This document shows positions 29,542 to 39,143 of a DNA stretch of 63,699 bases, one piece after another (position 1 is the stretch's first letter; each line of letters begins with the position of its first letter). Position numbers and translations under genes: made by a program. Origin of the DNA: Candidatus Heimdallarchaeota archaeon (GTDB lineage: Archaea; Asgardarchaeota; Heimdallarchaeia; Heimdallarchaeales; Heimdallarchaeaceae); assembly GCA_019057815.1 (NCBI GenBank), contig JAHLWR010000022.1:1-63699 (forward strand). Reading direction: 5' to 3'. Under the pieces are notes generated by a model. The model saw only the letters and a list, made by a program, of their open reading frames with translations. It did no database searches and was not told the origin of the DNA.

Positions 29542-31974
29542 ATGGTTAAAATGAAAACAAAAGTACTTTTTACATCAATAGGTTTTACAGTCATAACCTT
29601 ACTTATATTATCGCTTTTTAATGCTATAAGCGTCCTTGGTTATGATTGGAACAGAACAGATACACAGATTCTCAATGAAGACGATAATATTGGCTACGGT
29701 CTATTCAACGGTAGTCATGGGATTGAAAGTCAATTAGTCCAAGTTGATTATGAAACAGAGATTAGGTATGTAAAGGAAGGAATAGGAGAAAAAGAAGATC
29801 TTTATGGCAATGATTCCTATAACTGGCAACGTTCTTCTGGTTATTATGATAGTTTCTACACTTTCTCATTTGAAGATAGAGAATGGGTAAACTTGCCTAC
29901 TTACATACAAGCATTCAACCATACAGGTTTTGGTCCTAATGTCAATATTACAAGTGGAATTGTTAACTTAGGAATTCTAAATTTGGATGAAAAAACAGTC
30001 TTAGAAATCGAAAAAGAAATGGTTTATGTTTATGCTGTTGATCTTAAGGCGGGTGAATTATATGATCTTAACTTTTTAGCAACAGAAAAAGATTTAACCT
30101 ACATGGTTTATTACGAAGGTATCGATATTAGCGGTGAAATACTAAAAAAAGGATTTAATCGAAATATTTCACCTCTATATGCAGTTGAAAGTGGTACTTA
30201 TCTAATTTATCTCTACTGTAATAAGGATAATAACGTAATTATGGAACCTAGGAAACTTGCAGTCAATAAAGGTTCAGTAGGGACAACATTGTCAGATACA
30301 TTTGTTAATAACGATGAACAATTTTGGAACGAAACAAGAATGGATTGGCAAGACACTAAAAGTAAGGAAAATGTTCATTCATACTTTTACGAGATTTCAG
30401 AAGGTGACTTCCGATTCAAATATGTTCCTTTTGATAATCCTGAAGATACGTATGCGATGTTCATTTCTAGTACTAAATCATATTCTGATTCCTTCACTCT
30501 GTCTTACTCAGTTTTCGGGCTAGGAGATCCAGGAGAGGAGTTTATTGATTTCCATGTTGCAGAAGATACAAACATTTTAGTTCTCATTTTTAGTGATTTG
30601 GGAACAGGTGTTGAATTTGATTATCTACTTTCCCTTAAATCAGAATCTTTCCCAATTCTAACGCCAGGGGAAGTCTATAATTATCTAGGAGATCTAGTTA
30701 CTTTTGGAATCAACATAGAAGAAACTCAACTTGTATACCTAAACTCAACAGACACACTATCAAATCCATTGATGGTGGCTAAACATGAAGAAAACAATGA
30801 AGTATACATCTTCTCTTACGGACTTGAGAATTTAGGAGTTGATTCAGAGAAAATTATATTGAAACCAGGTTACTACGTGTTCTATCTTATGGAAGAGGAC
30901 ACATATGACTTTGAAATTCAATTGAATGTTGTTTCCATCGATTCCTTTAATCATCAAACAAGTCCAGATTACCCATTTGATCTTGAACAAGCAGATGGTA
31001 GTACATCCAACTATAAAGTTTTCAATATTTCAACAAACCTTTGGGAGTTTACAAACTTCAATTTCACATTTCTCACTCAAGAGAACTATACCGTTGATTT
31101 AACGTATTTGCTTTATTTCGGAAAATCACAATATGTCTTTACAGGAGGTACAACTACACTAGGGAACCAACAAGATATAAATGGAACCTATCAAGCTTAC
31201 TTCACCAATAACATACAAAGAATAACCTTCCTTGGCCAAAAAGAAACAAATGACAGGTATATACTCCTTTATGTCAGTGAATTATATAATAATACAGGCT
31301 ATACGGTAAATGATAAAGGAGATGTTGTTGTGAACCAAACTTTAGTTAGTTTCCAAATCAAGTACGATCCTGGCTATCCTGATGAATTTGACGAAATCGA
31401 TGTTGATGAAATAACCTTTACTCTAGATAGTATTGGAAGTGGTGAGATTTATAGAGAATTTGACTATGTCACAAGTTCAACTGATTTGTATATCTTGAAA
31501 GGAAAACTACCTCTGTACACATGGTATAATTTGAAAATAACAATCACTAATGGAACAATAACTCCATCATCTTATGAAATGAACAATCCTGAACCTAATC
31601 GTAATGAGGAAGTAAACGGTGTCTTGTTACTTAATGGATACTACCAAAATTATCTGGGTTCCTCTACATTTTATTATACTTTTGTTCAACCAAACGCTTC
31701 CATTCCACTACATGTGTTCGACACACAATTTGGTGTTCTCTCGGAAAACTTCCTGTTCATGTTTTGCATAAGGCATATCGGTCTTAATGGTACAGTTAAT
31801 TTTGAGTTCATCCCACACAATTGCACATCACTATCACCGCTTGAATATGGTAAATTTGAAGGTTTGAAGAAACTTTCCACAGGCGCAATAGTGGCGATTT
31901 CGGTTACAGCAGGAGTTTTAGGAGTAGGAGCTACAGCTTTTGTAATTTTGAGAACAGTGAAAAAACCCAAATAA
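29542..31974 (+). CDS. large secreted, C-terminally anchored surface glycoprotein
   Basis: Signal peptide, beta-rich Tyr/Asp/Asn-rich body with many N-x-S/T sequons, C-terminal TM helix followed by KKPK. Confidence 0.8.
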   Translation: MVKMKTKVLFTSIGFTVITLLILSLFNAISVLGYDWNRTDTQILNEDDNIGYGLFNGSHGIESQLVQVDYETEIRYVKEGIGEKEDLYGNDSYNWQRSSGYYDSFYTFSFEDREWVNLPTYIQAFNHTGFGPNVNITSGIVNLGILNLDEKTVLEIEKEMVYVYAVDLKAGELYDLNFLATEKDLTYMVYYEGIDISGEILKKGFNRNISPLYAVESGTYLIYLYCNKDNNVIMEPRKLAVNKGSVGTTLSDTFVNNDEQFWNETRMDWQDTKSKENVHSYFYEISEGDFRFKYVPFDNPEDTYAMFISSTKSYSDSFTLSYSVFGLGDPGEEFIDFHVAEDTNILVLIFSDLGTGVEFDYLLSLKSESFPILTPGEVYNYLGDLVTFGINIEETQLVYLNSTDTLSNPLMVAKHEENNEVYIFSYGLENLGVDSEKIILKPGYYVFYLMEEDTYDFEIQLNVVSIDSFNHQTSPDYPFDLEQADGSTSNYKVFNISTNLWEFTNFNFTFLTQENYTVDLTYLLYFGKSQYVFTGGTTTLGNQQDINGTYQAYFTNNIQRITFLGQKETNDRYILLYVSELYNNTGYTVNDKGDVVVNQTLVSFQIKYDPGYPDEFDEIDVDEITFTLDSIGSGEIYREFDYVTSSTDLYILKGKLPLYTWYNLKITITNGTITPSSYEMNNPEPNRNEEVNGVLLLNGYYQNYLGSSTFYYTFVQPNASIPLHVFDTQFGVLSENFLFMFCIRHIGLNGTVNFEFIPHNCTSLSPLEYGKFEGLKKLSTGAIVAISVTAGVLGVGATAFVILRTVKKPK

Positions 31975-31993
31975 CAAAACCTCTTTTTTCTTT

Positions 31994-32653
31994 TTATTTT
32001 TTTAAATCTTTAATTACACCTATTCGAGGACAAATTGTAGACAAAAAACATTCATTACATAGAGGTTCTTGAGCTCTACATATTTTCCTTCCATGGTCTA
32101 TTAAAAGATGCGTTATTTTCCCCCATTTTCCCTCTGGAATTATTAACTTCAAATCGTCTTCAATTTTATTAGGGGTAGAGTTTTCTGTCAATCCCAATCT
32201 ATAAGAAATTCTCTTAACATGTGTATCAACGGCTATTCCTTCATGAATCCCAAACCAATCATTTAGTAGAACATTTGCAGTTTTTCTTCCAACACCAGGA
32301 AGTTTTATGAGTTCCTTTATAGTAGTTGGGACATTTGAATTATACTTTTCAGTTAAATGGGATGCCATATCTTTGAGAAATTTAGCTTTGTTTTTGTAAA
32401 GACCAACGCTTGAAATTAGAGGTTCAATTTCTTCAATTGTTGCATGTGAAAGAAGTATCGGATCAGGAAAACGTTCAAATAAGTCCGGAGTAACAGCATT
32501 TACTTGCTTGTCTGTACTTTGCGCGCTAAGAATAGCAGCTGTTAACAGTTGAAAAGGTGAGGAGATATTTGTTAAAGTCCCTTTACTATTAGGATAATTC
32601 TTCTCTAAAAGTGAAAGTATCTGTTCCACTTGCTGTGATACGGAAATATTCAT
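31994..32653 (-). CDS. nth: endonuclease III
   Basis: ILSAQSTD, LPGVGRKTAN, AVDTHV, C-terminal 4Fe-4S Cys motif; start moved to ATG at 32653. Confidence 0.95.
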   Translation of the reverse strand: MNISVSQQVEQILSLLEKNYPNSKGTLTNISSPFQLLTAAILSAQSTDKQVNAVTPDLFERFPDPILLSHATIEEIEPLISSVGLYKNKAKFLKDMASHLTEKYNSNVPTTIKELIKLPGVGRKTANVLLNDWFGIHEGIAVDTHVKRISYRLGLTENSTPNKIEDDLKLIIPEGKWGKITHLLIDHGRKICRAQEPLCNECFLSTICPRIGVIKDLKK

Positions 32654-32822
32654 TATTAAAATAGAAAATAAATCATTTATAAAACATATTCTGCTTGGTT
32701 TAACAATTACTAATATCAATACATAGGATAAAAGCTAAATAAGAAATTAACAAAAACGTTTTATAATAATGCGCACAATATTTTTTATAGTGATTTAAGT
32801 CGTAACAATTGGGCGATGAACA

Positions 32823-33392
32823 ATGGGGATAGGTCAACAAAGAAAAATATTCAAAGTAACACTTTTAGGGGACGGAGCTGTAGGCAAAACAAGTCTCAGA
32901 AAGACATATCTAGGAGAAGGTTTCGAATCGGGGTACTCTATGACCATAGGTGCAGACTTTGCTGTTAAACGTCTGAAAATTGACAATAATGATTTTGTTG
33001 CACAAATTTGGGATCTTGCAGGACAACAAAGATTTTCAGCTGTTCGTGAAGTCTATTATCGAGGAACATCTGGTTGTTTATTAGTATTTGATATCACAAG
33101 AAGGGCAAGTTTTGAGAACATTCCCTCATGGATTGCTGAACTTCTTAAAAACAACTACAATCGTGTTGTTCCTATTGTATTATTAGGTAATAAATCAGAT
33201 CTTCGTTCTTCTGCCAAAGATCCTGTATTGCGAGAACAAGCTGAAGAATACGGACGATCTCTTTCCGAATGGTCAGGCTTTTCTGTTCCATATATCGAAA
33301 CTTCAGCAAAAACAGGAGAAAACGTTGACGAATCTTTCAGAACATTGCTAAAAAATATTGTTGTATTTTATGAACGCCTTTACAACAAATAG
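32823..33392 (+). CDS. Rab-like small GTPase
   Basis: GDGAVGKTS, TIGADF, WDLAGQQRF, YYRG, GNKSD, ETSAK. Confidence 0.93.
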   Translation: MGIGQQRKIFKVTLLGDGAVGKTSLRKTYLGEGFESGYSMTIGADFAVKRLKIDNNDFVAQIWDLAGQQRFSAVREVYYRGTSGCLLVFDITRRASFENIPSWIAELLKNNYNRVVPIVLLGNKSDLRSSAKDPVLREQAEEYGRSLSEWSGFSVPYIETSAKTGENVDESFRTLLKNIVVFYERLYNK

Positions 33393-34156
33393 GCTTGTTT
33401 TTTTTCCTTATTTTGTATGGCTTTGATAATATTCATCGTATTTTCGTTAAATTCTGGATGTAGAAAAACTGTATCATCTTCGTTTATCTTTACAATTTCT
33501 ATTTCTTCCAATTCTCTTATATATTTCTTAGTTTGGGCTAATGATACCCCTAGAACAAAAGAGAGTTGAACAGGAGCTATTATCTTAGTTCTCCTTAAGA
33601 GATCAATTATGTTGTAGCGTCTATCAGTAATTATTAATTTAGCTATAATTTTTTGCTGTTCAGACCACTCTAGTTTTTCTTTGTCCATTCTTTCGATTTT
33701 CCTTGCAAATTCTTCCTTTTCCAATTCAATGTTTATTAATTGATCCGTTAACTCATAAATCAAATTTTCACGCTCTTCAATCATATCTGAAAACAGAAAT
33801 AGTTTTTTTTCTAGAGACTGTGATTCGACAATAGTATCACCAGAATCTTCATTTTTCTTTATTGCCTTAATCATATCCTTAGTACCAGTGTAAAACATCT
33901 TTAATGGAGGGTCAGATATAAAATTGAATAATTTATAAAATTCAGCTTTCATTTCATGGAGAATTTTCTGAGTAGCATTTTCAATCAATTTTGGAACATC
34001 TAAAGGGTCAAAATCTAAAGCTGTTAATTTATCTTTACTTGTTTTTCCTTCTTCTTCCTTCTTTTTACGAGATTCACGTACTTTTTTATCTATCTTTGAA
34101 ACTTCGTCTGTTAAATTTTTAATTGAAAAAGAATCATCAGAATGTTCGTTTTCCAT
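33380..34156 (-). CDS. coiled-coil protein with C-terminal winged-HTH
   Basis: Central heptad region; QLSFVLGVSLAQTKKYIRELEEIEIV HTH. Confidence 0.7.
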   Translation of the reverse strand: MENEHSDDSFSIKNLTDEVSKIDKKVRESRKKKEEEGKTSKDKLTALDFDPLDVPKLIENATQKILHEMKAEFYKLFNFISDPPLKMFYTGTKDMIKAIKKNEDSGDTIVESQSLEKKLFLFSDMIEERENLIYELTDQLINIELEKEEFARKIERMDKEKLEWSEQQKIIAKLIITDRRYNIIDLLRRTKIIAPVQLSFVLGVSLAQTKKYIRELEEIEIVKINEDDTVFLHPEFNENTMNIIKAIQNKEKKQAYLL

Positions 34157-34168
34157 TGTTATACCGTC

Positions 34169-35011
34169 CTATATTTTGGATGTTGATTCTATCTTAAATC
34201 CTTCTGCTTCAGATGGAGTTACTTCCAAAGTTTCGCTAATATATGAGATTCCCATAAGTTTGGTTATCGCAAAATTGTCTTTAAGCCTACTTCCAACCGT
34301 TCTTCTTGAGAAATAAAATATCCCTTGAGCAGCATTCATTATTATTCTTTCTGCAACAGGTTCAAGGATATCTTGTGGTAATAAAAAGAAATGAACCCCA
34401 CCAATTTTTGTGAAAGATCCGATTACTTCTTTCAAGAACACAATTAAAGCATTTGAATCTTCATCCAGTCTATCTTCCTTCATCCAAAGTAAGTCATCGA
34501 AAATGCTAAAACACTGTTTGTTTTGATCTTCTTTTACATGGATCATTCTTTCAATTATTTTTTTTACATAAGTTTTTCTTTTAACCTCAATACGACCAAA
34601 TTTAAGACTTGAAGTCATAGAGGCACTAGATAAATTATACATATCTTCAAAGAATAAACTTTTACCTTCAAGGGGGGTGACATCCCAATCGTAAGCTTGA
34701 AAAGAGCGTTTAACAAGGTTATATGGTTTCTCACTGTGAATATAAAAAACAAGATTATTTTCCACATCTTGAGCCCAATTCAAGAGGATTCTTTGAATAA
34801 AAAGTTTAGGAATTGATGTATCGCTAGGGTAACTAGCTAAAACCAAAGATCCATCTGGAATACCTCTTCTAGGTGAAAGTTCCATGCCCAATTTTTGATC
34901 TAACGTACGGATTCCAGTAAGAATAAGTTCCCCTCTAGTATCTACTGGTTGGGAACGCTTTCCAATCCGTTCGATATTACTTTTTGAATCGAACCCCAAA
35001 TAAAACACCAA
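34169..35011 (-). CDS. KaiC/RAD55-like RecA-superfamily protein with degenerate Walker A
   Basis: TGIRTLD..GIPDGSLVL N-terminus; P-loop reads SYPSDTSIP; Walker B SIFDD; ITKLMG where KxRG is expected. Confidence 0.8.
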   Translation of the reverse strand: MVFYLGFDSKSNIERIGKRSQPVDTRGELILTGIRTLDQKLGMELSPRRGIPDGSLVLASYPSDTSIPKLFIQRILLNWAQDVENNLVFYIHSEKPYNLVKRSFQAYDWDVTPLEGKSLFFEDMYNLSSASMTSSLKFGRIEVKRKTYVKKIIERMIHVKEDQNKQCFSIFDDLLWMKEDRLDEDSNALIVFLKEVIGSFTKIGGVHFFLLPQDILEPVAERIIMNAAQGIFYFSRRTVGSRLKDNFAITKLMGISYISETLEVTPSEAEGFKIESTSKI

Positions 35012-35019
35012 CTATAACG

Positions 35020-35529
35020 CTAGAATTGTTCCAATTCTCTGAGAGCTAATTCCAAGTCAGAAATGAACTCATCTTGTACTTTTTCTTCAACAGTAGGGGC
35101 AACAGGTTGAATAGGTTGTATTTCCTGCTGTGGAGGAGGTACTGGTTTAGCCTCAACATCTAAAATGTTACGAATTTTCTCTGCAGCTAATTTCATTGTT
35201 CGTCTAATTAAGCCAAGTTGAACACCAGTATCAGTTATTAAACACAATACAGTGCTACCACAACTAGCAACTAGAACTAAACCATCAGTGAATTCTGAAA
35301 TAATAATATCTAACTCTTTTAAACCAACATTCTGACCTTGCTGTTCACTTGCCAAATAAACAGCACTAGCTATTGCGCCTAAAGCTTCAGTTTCAAACTC
35401 ATCAAAGGCAAATCGAGAAGAATAAGCAAGAGTCAAACCAGTTTTATCTGCAAGGATAACATGGTTAATATTAGGGTCACTGACTATAGTCTCATGTAAA
35501 ATTGCGTTTATCTGATCTGCACCAAACAT
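35020..35529 (-). CDS. roadblock/LC7 (MglB/LAMTOR-like) domain protein
   Basis: VILADKTGL.LA, LGAIASAVY, EFTDG, LGLIR; Pro/Gln linker and acidic C-terminal helix. Confidence 0.9.
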   Translation of the reverse strand: MFGADQINAILHETIVSDPNINHVILADKTGLTLAYSSRFAFDEFETEALGAIASAVYLASEQQGQNVGLKELDIIISEFTDGLVLVASCGSTVLCLITDTGVQLGLIRRTMKLAAEKIRNILDVEAKPVPPPQQEIQPIQPVAPTVEEKVQDEFISDLELALRELEQF

Positions 35530-35704
35530 AGTTGAACACCATAAACATATCTCTTATAGTCTTATTATTGTTATTATTATTTAAAGATTTCAACAGTACC
35601 GCTTCTAGATTTTTATTTCCAATCAGATACTGATTTCTATCTTTAAGATATTTATTAATTTAGTTCTAACAATGTTTTTAAACTTCCATTTTTTTGTCCT
35701 TTAC

Positions 35705-36391
35705 ATGCTTGAAATTGAATTTCCTATTATAATCCTTAACTACAAGAATTATTCTCAAACAATTGGAGAAAAGGGTTTAAAACTCACTAAAATAGCTGAG
35801 GAGGTATCTCTTGAACTTGGTGCTAATATAGCTGTATGTCCCCAAACTGCAGATATTAGGATGATTTCAAATGCAGTTGAGATTCCTGTTCTTTCTCAGC
35901 ATGTCGATTCTAATAACCCAGGAAGCTTCACAGGTAACAACTTATTAGAAACCATTGTTGAAAGTGGTGCTATTGGCACATTAGTCAACCATTCAGAGCA
36001 CCGTTTGATATTATCAGACATTGAAAAAGTAATTAAGAAATCAAAGGAATATAATTTTTTTACTTGTATATGTTCAAATAACTTCCAAACTAGTAAAGCT
36101 TCAGCTGCTATGTCACCTGATGCTGTTGCTATGGAACCCCCTGAACTTATTGGAGGGGATGTTTCTGTTACTACTAAACCTGACCTAGTTAGTAATACCA
36201 TTTCAGCAATTCAAGACATTAATCCATTTGTACGACCACTCGTTGGAGCTGGTGTGTCCAAAGCTAATGATGTAACGGAAGCCCTTAAACTTGGTGCTCA
36301 GGGAGTTCTCTTAGCTTCTGGTTTCGTAAAAGCTAAAGATCCAAAGAAAGCTTTGGAAGAAATGGCCATAGCACTCATTAATGTAAAATAA
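35705..36391 (+). CDS. tpiA: triosephosphate isomerase (archaeal type)
   Basis: LNYKNY, NHSEHR, EPPELIGG, VGAGV, GVLLASG. Confidence 0.95.
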   Translation: MLEIEFPIIILNYKNYSQTIGEKGLKLTKIAEEVSLELGANIAVCPQTADIRMISNAVEIPVLSQHVDSNNPGSFTGNNLLETIVESGAIGTLVNHSEHRLILSDIEKVIKKSKEYNFFTCICSNNFQTSKASAAMSPDAVAMEPPELIGGDVSVTTKPDLVSNTISAIQDINPFVRPLVGAGVSKANDVTEALKLGAQGVLLASGFVKAKDPKKALEEMAIALINVK

Positions 36392-36441
36392 AATCAAAAT
36401 TGTGATCAAAAATACTAAAAAATGTATCGGAAAAAGTAGTT

Positions 36442-36936
36442 TTAATCATTCTTTTTCCACAATATTTTTCCACCTTGTTCCATTTTTGCGAGAACACCAG
36501 CTTCTTCCATTTTTTCCATAGATTTATAGAATTCTTCTTTTGAGAGAGGAGGTTTTCCTTGTTTCAACGCTGTAAATTGGCATGCTGCAAAGATAGCATC
36601 TTCAAACATAAATTTAGAAGAACCGTAAGTTTCCATTATCAAATCTTTATTGGGAATTTCTACAGTTTTTACTACTGTTCTTACTACGGTTTGTACCTTT
36701 TGATTCTCCTTTTTACCCGCATCAACTTTAGATGTTATCAAATCAACAATAAGAGTAGATAGGTTTTTCCCCCCAGCTTCAGCACTAAAACCATATAATT
36801 CCGCAACCCAATAAGAGGCGTGTAATATGAATGTGTCTACAGATTCAAATTCATTCTCATCTACAAGATTTTGCATGAAGTCCCAGAGTTTATCGGGTAG
36901 TTTTACTTCAACATTTTTCATAATAGAATACTCCAA
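36442..36936 (-). CDS. ribbon-helix-helix plus winged-helix DNA-binding protein
   Basis: N-terminal VEVKLPDKL...LV....FESVDTFI RHH pattern; C-terminal wHTH-like segment. Confidence 0.6.
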   Translation of the reverse strand: MEYSIMKNVEVKLPDKLWDFMQNLVDENEFESVDTFILHASYWVAELYGFSAEAGGKNLSTLIVDLITSKVDAGKKENQKVQTVVRTVVKTVEIPNKDLIMETYGSSKFMFEDAIFAACQFTALKQGKPPLSKEEFYKSMEKMEEAGVLAKMEQGGKILWKKND

Positions 36937-37053
36937 ATATAATATATAATTTTAGAGAAACAGACAAATATTTTAAGGTTTGTGCGCTAGCGTTAAAAAA
37001 AAATAAATTAGTTGAAACTTAATAAAAACTAAATAAATTGGTAAAAATATAAA

Positions 37054-37123
37054 GGCGTCCTGAGTAATTTCTATCATCTGTGCTGAAGACACACATCTAC
37101 GCCGTCTCAACCAGTCATTCGCC
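37054..37123 (-). ncRNA. double kink-turn, box C/D-like sRNA
   Basis: Minus strand: GGCG-AAT-GA-CTG...CAG-GA-CGCC terminal K-turn; internal TA-GA-TGTG..CACA-GAT-GA-TA K-turn; 12-nt spacer GTTGAGACGGCG. Confidence 0.65.
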
Positions 37124-37158
37124 AAATCAAAATAAGATGAAAGTCATGTTAAATTTTT

Positions 37159-37329
37159 CTATACTACTTTTCTACGACCGCGTTTATATATGGTCATTCC
37201 ACATTTGCCACAAGTCCACCGGTCATCGTGTCCTGCCATCCAAGTAAACTCAGCACATCTTTCGCATTCCTTTTTTACTCTCACTACTTTTTCCCCTTCT
37301 ATTTTGTAATGTTTGTGGGCTGCCACCAT
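37159..37329 (-). CDS. rps27ae: 30S ribosomal protein S27ae (eS31), not in ORF track
   Basis: MVAAHKHYKIEGEKVVRVKKECERCAEFTWMAGHDDRWTCGKCGMTIYKRGRRKVV; Zn finger; follows rps24e. Confidence 0.95.
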   Translation of the reverse strand: MVAAHKHYKIEGEKVVRVKKECERCAEFTWMAGHDDRWTCGKCGMTIYKRGRRKVV

Positions 37330-37348
37330 ATTTAACACCTTTTTACTA

Positions 37349-37642
37349 TTATTTTAACTCTTTTATAATTCCTGATCTTTTTAATAGATAATCTTTTTCT
37401 ACCATTTTAGTTCTTTCTGCGCTATCATAAACATGTATCCTAGCGATACTGTTGCTAACACCATATTTTGATTGTAATTTAATGAGGACAACTTGATTTC
37501 TTTCTTTGTTTAAACTTGCTGCAACCTTTGAAAGAACTTGTTCACGTGTTGGGACAGGTTCACCTTCATGTTGAATCCTAACTTCCAATTCATCACGTTC
37601 TAAAATCTTGTTTTCAGTTTTTTTAACTATTTTAAAGTCCAT
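37349..37642 (-). CDS. rps24e: 30S ribosomal protein S24e
   Basis: ENKILERDE, H.GEPVPTR, HVYDS. Confidence 0.93.
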   Translation of the reverse strand: MDFKIVKKTENKILERDELEVRIQHEGEPVPTREQVLSKVAASLNKERNQVVLIKLQSKYGVSNSIARIHVYDSAERTKMVEKDYLLKRSGIIKELK

Positions 37643-38189
37643 TTATTTTTTTCACCATTTTCTGCAATAATTTTTGAATATTATGTCTCTTTTCTAGAGT
37701 TATTGTAACCTCTACAAGACCTTCATTCGGTTGTCCATATAAGACTTTTGAACCTAGTGGGGATTCAAGGATAGCTGGGAGTACCAGTAAGTCTTCTTCA
37801 CCAGTTATTTTTATGATTATTTTTTTATCATGCATTTTCAATGAACCCTTAATTGTATTCCAAGCTGATTTGGAAATTGTTCCTGCAAGATTGATAGCTT
37901 CTTTACATTCAAAATGTGAAAAATTCACAAGCTCAACCTTTTTCCTTTTAATGTGACCATCAATTATAGCTAAATCAGGAACTATTGAATAGTTCAAAAT
38001 GACCCTAGTTGTTTCATCTCCAACAGTTATTATTTTAGAGATGCTTTTATCTATTTTTAATGTGTTAATTAATTCCTCAATTTCAGAATCAGTTTTGTAA
38101 AGTTTTCCTAGAGGTACTTTAAAATGAGGTTTTTCTTCTTCTGGTAATATATAGCTGCTAGTTTTCACTTGATTTCCCACAAGTTTCAC
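37632..38189 (-). CDS. GTP-dependent dephospho-CoA kinase (DUF359)
   Basis: TVGD, GEEDLL.LP, VLYGQPNEG; conserved position between spt4 and rps24e. Confidence 0.9.
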   Translation of the reverse strand: MKLVGNQVKTSSYILPEEEKPHFKVPLGKLYKTDSEIEELINTLKIDKSISKIITVGDETTRVILNYSIVPDLAIIDGHIKRKKVELVNFSHFECKEAINLAGTISKSAWNTIKGSLKMHDKKIIIKITGEEDLLVLPAILESPLGSKVLYGQPNEGLVEVTITLEKRHNIQKLLQKMVKKINGL

Positions 38190-38374
38190 CGAACTCTAAG
38201 TGCATAGTGTCCTTTTTTACCTATTTTGATTTTTTTAGCCACATCACTGTTTTCATCATCTATTATGAAAACTTCGCCCGTATATTCATTAGACAAATCT
38301 TGAGTGTTACATATTGGACACATGTTTGAATTTTTGTCAACTATGAGATGACAACGACGACATGCTTTTGCCAT
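38186..38374 (-). CDS. spt4: transcription elongation factor Spt4 (RpoE'')
   Basis: MAKACRRC..CPIC..S.VAK..G.YALRVR; start moved to 38374. Confidence 0.93.
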   Translation of the reverse strand: MAKACRRCHLIVDKNSNMCPICNTQDLSNEYTGEVFIIDDENSDVAKKIKIGKKGHYALRVR

Positions 38375-38376
38375 AT

Positions 38377-38958
38377 TTAGGAGGCCTCCTTTGCTGAAAC
38401 AACATCGATTTTTGTTAAACCAGTTTTCCATTCATTAACCCAGTCAAGTGTTCCAAGAGAGTTCTGCCGCATTGTTAACCCTACGCGTATTGTGGTTTTA
38501 CCGATGCTAACTGCAATAATTCTTGCTCTGACTTTTGTATTGACAACTAAATCACGTTTTGATTTATCTCCACGAAGGACAGCGTTTTTTGGTATATAAC
38601 GAAAATAATCATCAGCAATTTGTGACACATGACATAAAGCATCGATAGTACCAATGCGCACAAAAGCGCCAAAATCTACGGTTTCCACAATCTCTCCAGC
38701 GACTATTTCTCCTATTTCCGGTAAATAACAGAGCATTTCGAAATCAGTCTCGTAATATACACCGCCATCCCCAGAAATCAATTTTCCTCTATAAATATTC
38801 TCAATTCCAATAACAGCGACGATGAAACCAAAGTCAATATCAATTTTCCCTTCAAAGGATAACCTTGCAATTTCTATAAGTACATCACTCAAAGGTTCAT
38901 CAAACCTATTTGGGGGGACACGAAGTGTATCTTTAATTTTTATAAGATAATACAACAA
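38377..38958 (-). CDS. rpo7: RNA polymerase subunit Rpo7 (RpoE')
   Basis: RVPP..F, GDGGVY, FGAFV.IG..DAL.HVSQI, GLTMRQ. Confidence 0.95.
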   Translation of the reverse strand: MLYYLIKIKDTLRVPPNRFDEPLSDVLIEIARLSFEGKIDIDFGFIVAVIGIENIYRGKLISGDGGVYYETDFEMLCYLPEIGEIVAGEIVETVDFGAFVRIGTIDALCHVSQIADDYFRYIPKNAVLRGDKSKRDLVVNTKVRARIIAVSIGKTTIRVGLTMRQNSLGTLDWVNEWKTGLTKIDVVSAKEAS

Positions 38959-39143
38959 AAGTCATCTCACTGTTTTGCTTACACAGCTGTTCATTTCTAC
39001 TGTTTTTAAATATAATTATAGCAAAGATTTTTTTAGAGGTATCATTTGCCAATATCTGTTTCAAAAGACACGCTTAAATAGAAATAATTTAATGAACATT
39101 TAACAGAAACAATCAGAAATTCTTATTTAAATGAGGTAAAGGC

